NCBI RefSeq assembly: GCF_006345805.1
Contig: NW_021823578.1
Span: 1 to 35,768, forward strand
Length of the DNA: 35,768 nt
Origin: Octopus sinensis
Taxonomy: Eukaryota
Reading direction: 5' to 3'
Shown here: positions 1 to 11,339 of the stretch, one piece after another
How positions within the stretch are numbered: the stretch's first letter is position 1
Layout of the letters: each line of letters begins with the position of its first letter
Notes under the pieces: model-generated
Database searches by the model: none
Told to the model about the DNA's origin: nothing
What the model saw: only the letters and a program-made list of their open reading frames with translations
Position numbers and translations under genes: made by a program

Positions 1-339
1 ATATTCATCAAAAATTTGTCCTTTTTAAAAGTAAAAAAATTTAATTTAAACCTGAATTGCTTATATCGATGGGTCTATCTTCATATAACTTTGGCGGCAA
101 ATGACCTTCTTCTTTCATGATTTTTCTATTTTCCCAAGAAGGGAGTTTATTTATTCGTTCTATTTCGTTAAAATCTGGTAAATTGGGCTTGGAATTAGTG
201 AATTTATATTACTTACTGCAATTACTTTTCTTTTACGCAAACTTCTCCATTTTGGGTGAATAACATTAAGACCTTTATTGCGACTAAATAAAACATTTAT
301 AAATGGCTGTTTGAGCGTTCTATTTGTGTTCGAAAGCAT
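1..339 (-). CDS. MRPL45: Mitochondrial ribosomal protein L45 (mL45, Tim44-related), 5' part; runs off the window start. Exons 339-217, 187-52, 20-1
   Basis: Removing GT-AG introns 188-216 (29 nt) and 21-51 (31 nt) gives ...HPKWRSLRKRKVIA/PNLPDFNEIERINKLPSWENRKIMKEEGHLPPKLYEDRPIDISNSG/QIFDEY. This matches the invertebrate mL45 N-terminal pattern (PKWxxLRxxKV..LPDF...MKExGxLPP...RP..IS.TG.IFxxY) as I recall it. Confidence 0.75.
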
Positions 340-435
340 TGTCACAAATAAAATGATTGGAAAGATAATTAATAATAATAATTTTTTAATAAAATAATAT
401 TTATTTTATAAATATTTCCAATAATTGTCTGAGAA

Positions 436-600
436 AGAACATTTAGGCAGTACCTCAAAAAAACCCAGCCTCACTGCCGTATCGCGATGGAAACTACTTT
501 GCCCATTCCAAAGGAAATTCCGTGAAGAAGGGCACTTGCTACCACGCTAAATAATTAGCGGGAATTAATTGAAAAATGGCGATGATGACTCATAATAAGA
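436..600 (+). mobile_element. Highly degenerate 3' fragment of an RTE-like LINE
   Basis: Frameshifted pieces (IAME.., YFAHSKG.., ALATTLNN, LKNGDD) resemble the C-termini of the RTE-like copies in this window (TMEEYF; LSTLDKNLKRAGKELKDGDDL). Confidence 0.35.
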
Positions 601-679
601 AATAATAATTCAATTAAAGGAATAATTAATATACTTTTAATAAAATGCTTTAATAATAATATAATAATTGTCAAGTTAT

Positions 680-1170
680 TTCACACGCCTCTGGCCTTAA
701 CCAGGAAAGCCAAAAGATATCCTTCAGAGAACAGGCAAATAATCTCACTAATCACAATGGGAAGATAAGTCACATGAGGATGGATAAAGACAACCGAAAA
801 CTCAAACTTGACAAAAACTTCTCTTTCTAGAAATCACAATATCAATTTCTGAAATACGTCAACATATTAAAAACGCTGAGAATTCTCACGCTTGTGGACC
901 GGACGGTCTTTACCTATATCATCTGAAAAATCTTGGCAAAAATGAGTTGAATGCACTGACGGATATTTTCAAAACATTGCAAAATTCTGGTCTAATACCT
1001 ATGGTCTGGAAAAAACTATTATAATTACAATTATGGAGCCTAATAAGGACCCTTGCAACCCTGCCTCGTTCAGGCCAATCTCACTTATCTCTGTCCTATC
1101 AAAAATCCTGGGAAAATTTGTCTTGAAATCAATATATTCTTTCCTTACTCTATCAAAGTCATAACATGGT
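680..1170 (+). mobile_element. Decayed Jockey/I-like LINE fragment (N-terminal part of RT)
   Basis: NSHACGPDGLYLYHLKNLG...IPMVWKK, then a frameshift, then NKDPCNPASFRPISLISVLSKILGK. These are the canonical GPDG and YRPISL RT motifs. Confidence 0.85.
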
Positions 1171-2260
1171 TAAAGTGATTTTCTTAATCGAAGAGCTTTT
1201 TGGTATTATAAAACGGGAACTCTTACAAAAAGCAAGCTCACCTTTAGAAATATTCGATGCTTTAGTGCAGCAGGGGTCGGCAGAATTTTTGTATTCGCGG
1301 GCCAAATGGGATCCAAACACGAAAAAATCCTTATCGGTCGCAAAATAAGGATATACGAGAATCCACTTTGCTGAGATAGAAAGTCTCGTTTTGTTTGTAA
1401 TTTTGAGCGGTAACGCACAAAATATCTGTTTTGCTGGAAATCGTTCCAGGGCAATGCTTGTAGATTTATTAGTTAAAATGATTACAAAGAAATAAATTTC
1501 TTTGATTTATTAATCTGATTAGTTGCTAAACGTAATATATTGTGAGATATGAATCGGTTATTTTCGTTCTCAAACAATTTTTTACATTATTCTGTTTGGA
1601 GAATAACTGTTCATATAAAATGTGTTTTCATTGTCAGTTTATTGTGGATATTTTTTGACACACAAAATTTTTGTAGAAGCTCAAAATTTCCAATTCAGAA
1701 AAAAAGAATTTGATTTAAATGTAGTGTTGCATTGAATTTAAAGTATTTTCATTTGATAACAAACTGATAATGTCTGTTTCAACCTCAAATGGGATTGAAA
1801 ATGTTGAAAAGATTTTTATGAACCTAAAAATTATTATATAAGCTCTTAAATCCATAAGAAGTGATAAACATTCTGATCTCAATTCCATAACTAGACTGAC
1901 CGCAAAAACCCGTTGTTTCAAAATATCAAAATTTTACTATGAACTATATTGTTTTTATTGATCAATATTTATTTTTTAAATGGTTTTTTTACATATATTT
2001 ACTCTCTTTAAATAATTTACGAAGGATTTTTTCAACTGTTTGTTTGCTCTGAATTGTTATAAGGATTTTTTCAATTTTGTTCGAGACTCTGAGTTTCATT
2101 AAGCGAGATTCTCTCGTAAAGTCGTTGAATTTTTCGTAATTGAGTTTCATTAGTTTTATAAAGTTTTTGGACAGGGTTTCAAATTCATCGCACAAAATTT
2201 ATTTAATTTTTAATAATAGATAAGATGTATGTACTTTACCTTCGAAAGCTCTGGACTTGG
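1170..2260. pseudogene. Possible decayed, unidentified coding region
   Basis: Several collinear 60-100 aa open stretches broken by stops (1715-2195 on -, 1166-1490 open on both strands); no recognisable motif. Confidence 0.2.
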
Positions 2261-2384
2261 TTAGAAAAAATTACATAGTTAATTAGCTTCTTTTTTAATC
2301 AATAAAGGTCTAAGCCTAAATACTTTACAAAAGTTGCCCGTGGCTATTTTAGTTGGAAAAATTCTTTGGCAGGCAAAATTTCTT

Positions 2385-2485
2385 TAGTATCATAGAATGG
2401 TCGCGTAAGGAAAGAAAGGCAGGGAGGCTCATGTCCAGCGGCGAACGTAGTCCAACTCCACCAAAGCGTAAAGGTAATCCGGGAT
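2385..2485 (-). mobile_element. Internal fragment of a CRE-like (RLE-type) non-LTR retrotransposon
   Basis: The minus strand reads GLPLRFGGVGLRSPLDMSLPAFLS, the LPxRxGGLGLR...LPAFLxS motif that follows the RT of RLE-clade elements. Confidence 0.75.
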
Positions 2486-2959
2486 TCACAGAACATACAA
2501 TTGTCAGGTTCTCCAATTTTGGTTATGTAACCGGTTTTATTGTCTTTTTTTGATTACATTTTGTATTTTTATTTCTGATATCTGGAGCATCATTGAGATA
2601 TGCGCTCTGGTATTTACACTGTTTATAAGCTACTAGGTAGAATTGTGTTTTAATTAATATAATGTTTTTTCATTAATAAATTATCTTAAGTTTTAGTTAC
2701 CCAATTATTAATAAAAAACTTAATAAATTATGGTACGTGTGAGCACGCTGTTGACAAGCCTTGTTGATTCTTTTAGATTATTTGGTCCATCTTTATTTTT
2801 TTATTTAATTGGATTAGAAGGAATATTTTGCGATGTAGTTTCATTTAACGGATAATTTATCTGAAATTTCATCATTTTGTAATATTTTCAAGTTTATTCT
2901 TTCAATCTGTTTATTCCACTTATTTTTAAATCTCCTTTATCTATATTTATTGAATTTCA

Positions 2960-3128
2960 CCTTATCGAGCGAAGCCCTTCCCAATTTTTTATCAGATGTG
3001 AAAAGGGACGTGGCGGATTTTGCCCCGCTTACCACAAGTCGGTTGTCTGTTAGCCAATTTTGAGCCGATCTAAGTTAATTTGGAGCCCTTCAGAGGCCTT
3101 CTGGATGTCTCGGTCTTGTTAGGCCTTC
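2960..3128 (-). mobile_element. Jockey/I-like RT fragment (region after YADD)
   Basis: QDRDIQKASEGLQINLDR..NWLTDNRLVVSGAKSATSLFT parallels KHQDYKEATRKVQETINLMNPWFLKNRIKISPGK in the 9.0-10.4 kb copy. Confidence 0.65.
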
Positions 3129-3129
3129 A

Positions 3130-3900
3130 TTTGTTAAAATTATGAAATTCCTGGGAAAGAGATCACTTGCCCATAATCTAAATCTACAAATTTTCGCAAG
3201 TCTATCATACACAAATACATTATGTAAAATGTTGTGTATTGTTATTAATTGCATGATGTATCTCCATTTACTTCACAGTGAGTAAACATTTTCAAAATTC
3301 TGGTCAAGCCATCCGTAGTATGTGGCCAAAGAGTATGCATCGGCTCTTACTCGTATTATCAAGCACTTTTCGTCTAATTATGGAAATTGATCGAGATGAT
3401 ATTTTTTTGGTTGTCCTGATCTTGGCTTATTTTTGGTAGTTTTAAATAATTTCGATTTATTGATAATGTTCCATACTGTACTCTTCGGAATATGAACACT
3501 TTCGGAAATTTTTCGGATTGAGTTTCCTGCATTATATTCAAGAAGTACAATGTACGTCTAACTGTATCTATACTCACGGAATTATCAATATTGATCGATT
3601 TTTTGAGTTCAGAAGCTGTTTTCTTGGGATATTTTTTCGATGTCCTGACAAGAATTTTTTCATTTCTAGGAGATAATTTCCTTTTCGCTCCAGTGTGAAT
3701 ACGGTCAAAATAGCCAAAACCAGATATGTAACGTTGAAATATTTTTTGGATCGCACATCGAGAGATTTTCTTGATCTTCTCCATATCTCGTCAGGAACTT
3801 TACTTTCTTGTTTGACTATTCATATTATAAGAAATCTAAAGCAAATAAATTCCAAAAATACGTATGAAAACGGTGAATCTGCGCTGTAATTGCATGAAAT
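3130..3900 (-). mobile_element. Tc1-like transposase remnant (paired-like HTH region)
   Basis: ORF 3374-3784: ISRCAIQKIFQRY...TGAKRKLSPRNEKILVRTSKKYPKKTASELKK...VSIDTVRRTL is a typical Tc1 DNA-binding domain with a GRPR-like motif. The catalytic part is degraded and the boundaries are approximate. Confidence 0.8.
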
Positions 3901-4526
3901 ACGGCCATATTCCCAGAAAATCAATAATAGCATTATTAGTTATCTGGGAGATTTTGGTCAAGTTGTTATCATCTGATTTGTCAATAAAACAATTCATTAC
4001 AGTGTTCGTCGGGAGTATTTAGTAGATAGGTCACTCTGGTATCTGAACCAAGAACAACCCCTCCCACATAAGGCATGGCTAATACTGTTGTAGAACTTGT
4101 TGGATTCTAAAGCAAAATTATAAAATTTTAAGCCATTATTCGAAACCTTGTTATTAACTTAGCACGCTAAAATATTCATAAATATCACTTTAATCACGGT
4201 TTAGTGTCTATGCCTACAACTTCAAAGACGCCACACTCTAAATTTCAGTATGATTTTAAAAACGAGATCAAAGAAAAATTGGAGATAATTTTCCTTCAAG
4301 AATATTGTAGCCTCAATCTTTAGGTAACGCGAAAAGTGATAGTGAGTGCCTAAAATCTCGTAATTTTAGTATTCCATCAACATGTAGCAGCTACATCTAA
4401 ATCCAAAAAATACAAACTTATTAAAAAAGTCAATCAATTTATAATATTATTTATTTTTAAAAGTTAGATATTTCTAACAAAAAGGACATCTTTTTCCTTA
4501 TATGTCCACATTAGTGTCTACCTAGA

Positions 4527-4823
4527 CTATATTGTTCCGGGAACAAACCCATTTTTATGGGTCGCGGGCATGAACCACGCGATATGTTCCGGGAACGAAC
4601 CCATTTTTATGGGTCGCGGGCATGAACCACGCGATATGTTCCGGGAACGAACCCATTTTTATGGGTCGCGGGCATGAACCACGCGATATGTTCCGGGAAC
4701 GAACCCATTTTTATGGGTCGCGGGCATGAACCACGCGATATGTTCCGGGAACGAACCCATTTTTATGGGTCGCTGGCATGAACCACGCTATATTGTTCCG
4801 GGAACAAACCCATTTTATGGGTC
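4527..4823. repeat. Tandem array of a 52-bp GC-rich unit, ~5.7 copies, followed by a perfect 20-bp palindrome at 4825-4844
   Basis: GTTCCGGGAAC recurs at 4534, 4586, 4638, 4690, 4742 and 4795. Unit: tatgttccgggaacgaacccatttttatgggtcgcgggcatgaaccacgcga. There are no variable spacers. Confidence 0.95.
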
Positions 4824-4857
4824 GGGACCAATATATATTGGTCCGGTTAGCCGGTTA

Positions 4858-6684
4858 CACAATACCACTGGTAGCATTGTGCCAACCGACCACTCTTTCT
4901 CCATCTACAACCAAATCAATTATATTCTTTGTCGACAGGCCGATAAGGCTGCCTTATTTGACTCCCGATCATATGGAGCATCTCGGGTTGACAGTGATCA
5001 TAAAATGGTCGTTGGACGTTTCTACATCAAGAAACACCATGCGCCCCTCAATGCGCGAAGACGCCCATCTGGTACAAGGAAAAGATATCTCACGGAAAAA
5101 CTGTTGTACTCCTCCCTCACTCGGGAAAACTATCAAAAATCATTGGAGAGCTATATCTTTTGTATAGGAACGGGTCTCTTCTTGAAGAACACATGAGATT
5201 CCATTATGAATGGTATCCATACGGCTGCTGACGAGCACATCGGGAAGCAACCAAATAATAATCAGTCCGGGAGATGCTGCCACCCACCCAGATGTTCGGG
5301 CGAAAATCGTTGAGCAAAAGGTTCTAAAGCTCAGAATCGAAAACAAGAACGATCATAATAGCAAACAGGCACTGAAGAGGGAACGTGCCAGAATACAACG
5401 ACTCATTAAGAAACTAAACCGTCAGCACACTCTAGACACTCTGGAAACCCCTTTAAACAAAATCGAAGGGCTCAAGGACGGCGCACAAATGTTTCAGGCA
5501 TGCGTCTTCTCAAAAGAAGAAAACACACCAAACTCAAAATTATCGATGGCATGGGAAAAACCATCTACAAACCTGCAGAGCAAGCCGAAATAATTGCTGA
5601 CCACTTCGAACGTCAATTTAATCTGAACACTGACGATATTGACCCCTTTACATGCACATCAGCACCTCTCAATAAGCCAATCGCAGTTGAGGAGGTCATC
5701 CAAGCTGCCAAGAAGCTTAAGAATTGTCGGGCAGCTGGACCTGATAATATCAATGCAGAACTGATCAAGTATGGTCCAAAACTACTCATGGAAAAACTGA
5801 CGACCTCGTTCAATGAGATGTTCGCAACAAATGACCTACTCCCACTGGGCTCAGGCACACTCATCCCGATACAAAAGGCCAACAAAACCTCCGGACCGGT
5901 GGAAAATCTCCGTCCCGTAATACTATTAAACACTCTGAGAAAACTTTTCTCACTCATTACACTCGGTCGCATAACCCGAACTGTTAATGAATATCTCTCC
6001 CCAGTCACAGTGGATTCAGGGCTGGAAGATCCACAGCTGATATAGTCTGGAGTCACAGATGGCGCTGCGCTGTCCAGCAAAAATTTAAAAAAGCTACGGC
6101 TATCCTTGGTATTGATATGTCAAAGGCTTTTGACTGTGTCCGTCGTGACCTACTCATCGGGGTTCTGGAAAGCTTCCTAGAGGTGGATGAAGTGAGAATG
6201 ATACGATTACTACTTGCTAAGACAGAACTTTCTGTTCGTATTGGGTCAGTCTCCTCCAGGCGGTTCAAAACGAATGTCGGCACGCCTCAGGGAGACTCTC
6301 TCTCCCCCCTACTATTTGTAATCTATCTGGAAGCCGGCTTGAGAGATTTGAGAGTTTTCTATAATGATTCTATTACCGAAATTGTATATGCCGACGATGT
6401 GGACTTTGCCTCGGACAACATAGATGATCAATGGTACTAATTATTTCCCACGAACATGGAGACAAATATCGTGAAGACCTAGACCACTCCTTCCGGCAGT
6501 TCTGGAGAGGGAATCTCAAACTTCATGGCAAAAGTTTCAAAAACTGAAACGACCTAGAATCCCTGCGGGATCTCGCCCGCAACAGAGGGGCATGGACAAG
6601 GATGGTCCAGAAGATTGTTTCGCTTGTGACACGTGTGGGATTATAACTTTGTTTATGTTCCTACGGAATGTCTTATAATAATAA
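4858..6684 (+). mobile_element. RTE-like LINE (APE C-terminus + RT), 5'-truncated, frameshifted, internally deleted after YADD, with (TAA)n tail
   Basis: APE: YNQINYILCR...DSDH. RT: AAGPDNINAELIKYG, LRPVILLN, IDMSKAFD, GTPQGDSLSPLLF, YADD. The 3' end is cctacggaatgtcttataataataat. Direct repeat ttaaaagttaga at 4457-4468 and 6685-6696. Confidence 0.95.
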
Positions 6685-7014
6685 TTAAAAGTTAGAAATA
6701 ACTTGATAAAAATTTTGTCAAATCGGAAATAGCCAAATTTTACAAACAGTCAACGGATTGGAATTCAAAAACCAAATAATGTATCAATTATGCGAAGAAA
6801 ATAAAATCAAGATTTATAAAAGAAGACCAAACCATCCCCAATTTTATTTTCAACTTAAATATTTTAAGAAAAATATTATAAAGTGACAAAAAATGAAAAT
6901 TGTTCGACTTTACTTCAAAACTTTTAATTTAAAATCTTTCAAAAAATGTATTTCTATTTGGTTAATCAAAAATATATATTTCAAAGTAAAAAATATTTTT
7001 TAGCATAAACAAAA

Positions 7015-8440
7015 TCAATCATCTAAATATATCTTGCAAATATCGTCATATTTAACACGATTAACTGAAACTCCAGCAAAAAAGCCCTTCATAAATCAAA
7101 TCTCAAAAAACAACCGATTTAATTTTAATTGTACAAGAAAAATCAGCCTCATCCATTGCTTCCAAAACAGCCAATGAATCCCGATGAGAACCGTTGACAA
7201 CCCTAACCAAACCACCTAAATGTAAGAAATACTCAACAAACCTAATCGCGGAATCACGGTTTCAACATCATTTTGATGTACTAATAAGATTTCCGCATCT
7301 TCCACCTCGATTTCAGCATTGTATAAATTTATTACTTTCTAATTAATATTATATATCAGATTATTAGGGTTATAACATATTTTAAAGAATTTTACATTTA
7401 CAACAGCCTTCTGATTTTTATATTTACTCCCAAATTCAGAGGAAGTGATTTTTACAATCAATTTTTCAGCCAACCAATAATCTTTACGATTTTGCACTTC
7501 TCTCTTATTTTCTTCCTCCTAAAAATATTTTAATATTAAAATTTCCACTTTTAATATATCAACAAGTGCTTTTGAGGCACAAACGAAAGTTTCTGGATTT
7601 TTATGATTTGTGTCTTTCTTAACATTTTCTGACTCAAAAATGTTGGGTCTGAAATAATAAAATATTATAAATACAAATTTATTATATTCAATTCCTGTGT
7701 TCGGGAAGCCTGTAGCACAAATCCGACTACATTCTAAATAAAAAATTACTTTGTCTTTTGGAATTTAAATCAATTTCCGTTGGATTTTCGCGCTTTCTAA
7801 GACGTTCCAATTTCTCACCCGCTTCGATTTGTCTATTGAGAGTTCTTTGGTGATCTCTTTCATCATAATCGTCCAATTTTTTGGCCTTTTTCTTAGAAGC
7901 TTCGTTATTTAGGGAGGTTGGATCCTGGTCAATATATTTGATATGCCACCCTCTGTCGGTCTCATCTGCCTCAACTATGCCTAATATATATAATAAGGGA
8001 TATATAGACCATTTCTATGTAGATAGCTCACAAATGATGTTATGTGTCCCACTGCGTTGAATTCATGTGGATATGATTTCGGTCGGATATAAGTTCCTGG
8101 TAAACTGTATTTGCGAGGATACGTCTGCCGCCGTAGTGATATTTCAATATTTTAATAAATTCTGTTTTAAATTGACTGTTTGATAGAAATAAAGTGGTTA
8201 AACTTTGAAAATGAGCATAAATATTTGTCGGGGTTTTCAACAAATAGTGCCATTTGATTTTTATGTGCAGAAGACATGCAATGGCATTTAAATCCATTCT
8301 TTTGTGAGACAAAACTGATATACCTCATCTCTGCATTGTTTCTGACACATTTGACAATACCAACGCAATTTTAAAAGTCCTTTTGCTTTCATTTTCTTCG
8401 AAATTGATTTAGTTGTGAATAATTCAGAATCGTTTCCCAT
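7015..8440 (-). CDS. KIN: DNA/RNA-binding protein KIN17; 10 exons, 9 introns (25, 28, 29, 23, 26, 30, 57, 25, 28 nt); one apparent 1-nt frameshift near 8042
   Basis: MGNDSELFTTKSISKKMKAKGLLKLRWYCQMCQKQCRDE/NGFKCHCMSSAH (Zn finger); ANTVYQELISDRNHIHMNSTQW; ADETDRGWHIKYIDQD; RKDYWLAEKLIVKI; VETVIP; VRVVNGSHR; YDDICK. Stop TGA at 7015-7017. Confidence 0.95.
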
Positions 8441-8890
8441 TTTAAATATTAACTAGATCCGCGACAACTAACTATCAGTAACTAAACATAAATAATTTAA
8501 TATATTATACAAATATGATAATATCATTGCAAACATCCTGAATTAATCATTTGAGTAGAATAGCATATTAGAGTAAAATAAGGATCTCTATGAGATCATA
8601 TATAATTATCTCACTTTGTGACAATGTGGGTTCAAAAGAATGTCTACTGCGGATATTGTCTAAACACACTGATGGATATGTGCCATAAAAGAGAGACATA
8701 TAAAAGACCAAGCTTCGGAAAGTGGATGTTCAGATCCACAAAGTTTAGTCTTTTGCATATGTAAAGTTATGGTAAACCCAAAAGCTCTCCAGTCAAGTAT
8801 AAACAAAAATTGCCAAATATTATTAAAATAATTCTCGTCCCAGTTTTGACCGAAAACGAAAGCATATGAAGAGATAATTGTATTTGATAA

Positions 8891-10410
8891 GTAGAAATGC
8901 ACGACACTATCCACGTCTCCATGAAGAAGGGATAGGGAGTTTGCGGATCTTTTTCACATTTATTGTGCAATGTCATCATTTCGTAGGTGAGCCACGTTAC
9001 ATTTATCAATTCTTTGTGGACTCTCAAGAACACTGGAAAAATTAATTCTCAACAAAATTACTCTTTCGTTAGAATTACCCAGTTTTCTACATGGATTCAG
9101 AAGAGACCGTTCAACTTCTACATATCTTACGAAGTTGACTCAGTTCATCTCAGATAGACTGAACTACTCAAAACAACATCAAAGAACGGTGTTAGTCGCT
9201 CTGGATATCGAAAAAGCATTCGATTCAGTCCCGAGGAAAACTTTAACATCAAAAATTTTCTCCACCGGTATCCATCCGAAGATCAAGATGTGGCTAGCAA
9301 ACTTCCTTAATGGCAGAAGTGGACAGGTTATAATGAATAACCGAAAATCAAAACAACGATACCTTCTAAACGGGGTCCCACAAGGATCCCCCTTATCACC
9401 AATCCTGTTCAATTTATTTACAAGAGACCTCCCAAATCCAAACGAGGAAGATACAATCCTTTTATCATACGCTGACGATCTAATTATCGCAGCAAAACAT
9501 CAAGATTACAAAGAAGCCACGCGGAAAGTTCAGGAGACCATTAACCTTATGAACCCATGGTTTCTCAAAAACCGAATAAAGATATCACCTGGGAAACAAG
9601 CACTACGATTATCTCTTCATACAGGTAACATACAGCACTGGACCCAAAAATAACTTGGGATGGACAACTAATCCCAGTTAAAAGGAACCCTTCAATCCTT
9701 GAAGTTACATTATTATTATTTAAGCCAAACAAAATCACCGTTTTAACCATTAACTAATACGTTCAGGTGATTCTGACACTTCTCAACAGTCGAGCCATCT
9801 TTTCACGATGTTCCGACCGTGACCCCACACACTTTCTGCATGTACGGTGAACATTCGACCCATTAATGACGTTCAAAAATCAAGTGGAGTCAGTGGTTTC
9901 ACGAATCCAAAAGAAGATCGGAATTCTCAAAGCTTTTGCTAGATCTCCAATATCTTCTATTTCTCATTTTGAATTATTATACAAACAATATATACTGCCT
10001 ACAATTGAACACGCATTTGTGTCGTGGATCACGCCACTGTCAATATCCGCACAAAACAAACTGGAAGTCGTACAGAACCAGTGCTTACGGATTTTACTGA
10101 AACGTGATAAAATGACGCCAACTTCTGAATTGAGAAATACACTCAACGTCAAAAAAATAATGGACCATCTTACAGAAAGACAGCACATTTTCTTAACAAT
10201 GGCAAGATCTACCGGAGATCCCCTTGAAGAGGAGTATCTTGCCTATGATAAGTATGCTAGGAAATTTGAAAAAAATCATCCCCCTTTTGGACGTTGATTA
10301 AGAATTCGAGACAAGGAAGAGACAAAAAGAGACGCACTGACACCGGGATCACTTAATTAGATGATTACTATTCCTCTTTCCTGTGTTCCCGGGGTTAAAT
10401 AATAATAATA
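8891..10410 (+). mobile_element. Jockey/I-like LINE, 5'-truncated; RT begins at ~9002; (TAA)n tail
   Basis: SILCGLSRTLEK..LHGFRRDRST, LDIEKAFD, GVPQGSPLSPILFN, YADD, ILEVT/FDP, LYKQYILPTIEHA. Tail taaataataataata. Direct repeat gtatttgataa at 8880-8890 and 10411-10421. Confidence 0.95.
9712..9850 (-). mobile_element. 139-bp 3' end of another retroelement nested antisense in the RT
   Basis: Splits EVT|FDPLMTF, is flanked by acatt at 9707-9711 and 9851-9855, and ends in (TAA)n on the minus strand. Confidence 0.75.
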
Positions 10411-11339
10411 GTATTTGATAAAGCATAAGACTTTCGATTAAAGATCGTATTTTCTCATTCTTTCAATTTCCACTCTGTAAATTTTAGAGAGTGTTTTTTG
10501 AGGTTCTCGTCATTTTTGGGTCCAAATTCTCGACACAAATAATGGTGGATAAAACTTCTTTACCCGTCTTCTTTTATTTCATGCAGTATGAAGACATTTA
10601 ATTATGTTTTTCAAAAAATAAATTTTTATTTTGCACAAGACAGAATAAGCCTTTTGACCATGAAAAGCTGTTACACATGCCAAACACTGACTATAATTTT
10701 TAACATTTAAAAAATCCTCCATAGCACTTTGGTAAAGGTTTAAGTGAATACTTATTGAAAAAATCCGGCCCAGTAGGTACTGCACACCGATCACTAGTTT
10801 TCTGTCAAGTAAAACTGATTTCTCAAATGCTTCAAGTAGATATTCATCAATAGTGGACAGATGAGTTTTCACAACATTTCGGAATGAAGAATAGAAACTG
10901 TTGTGTTCAAAGTCCATAGGAAATCTAAGAAATCTGTTTTCACTTATAAGAAAATTAAACGCAATCATTTACTAAAATTGTTGTCTTTGTTTTCTGCTGG
11001 AAGGTACAATTTGTATAATATAATTTTAACAAAATTGTTTTTTCTATCATTTCATACTCAAATGGCTCAATACTATTTAGGCTTATTTAATAAAGACCGT
11101 AATTAATAATTGCTTTAAACAAGTTCATTCCATTTAAATTTGTACTGGTCCAAAAATGATTTTCAGCATCGACAATTTCTGAATTTTTCCAATTAAACTT
11201 TGAGTACTTTTAGATACTTATATCCATCGATTCAAGAATTTTTGCTTCTGGTAAAAACAATGAAATATTTTTGGCTGACTTTACCAAATTTTAATAAATT
11301 TTAATTTTATCAAATAATTTATTTAATAATAATCTTTTG

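Larger units (their letters stand above)
4320..6850 (+). mobile_element. Old Ginger2-like integrase element, internally deleted and split by the LINE insertion (pieces ~4320-4450 and ~6690-6850)
   Basis: 4330-4440 is similar in nucleotide sequence to 23805-23915 (ctacatctaaatcc.aaaaatacaaacttat). 6735-6840 reads ILQTVNGLEFKNQIMYQLCEENKIKIYKRRPNHP, the rve DNG-EF motif. Confidence 0.65.
8500..11290 (-). pseudogene. Decayed uncharacterised intron-containing gene, interrupted by the LINE at 8891-10410
   Basis: Long minus-strand open stretches (10579-10968, 8660-8890), micro-intron-like GT..AG segments, and several stops and frameshifts. Excising the insertion restores ...IFNRKSYALSNTIISSYAFVFGQNW... 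No homology recognised. Confidence 0.35.

Noticed and set aside
4527-4823. CRISPR array
   Set aside because: The units are palindromic but contiguous and nearly identical, with no unique spacers, no cas genes and a eukaryotic context.
5613-6283. Antisense ORFs over the RT (likewise 9179-9412, 17525-17800, 29160-29429)
   Set aside because: These are shadows of the sense-strand TE reading frames.
8891-9001. Second twin-priming inversion
   Set aside because: The minus-strand KCEKDPQTPYPF only loosely resembles the RT KxxKDP motif and does not join the RT start cleanly.
4858-10410. Bacterial RT systems (retron, DGR, group II intron) paired with a repeat array
   Set aside because: The RTs have non-LTR features (APE domain, (TAA)n tails, TSDs) and are frameshifted; the neighbouring genes are spliceosomal.
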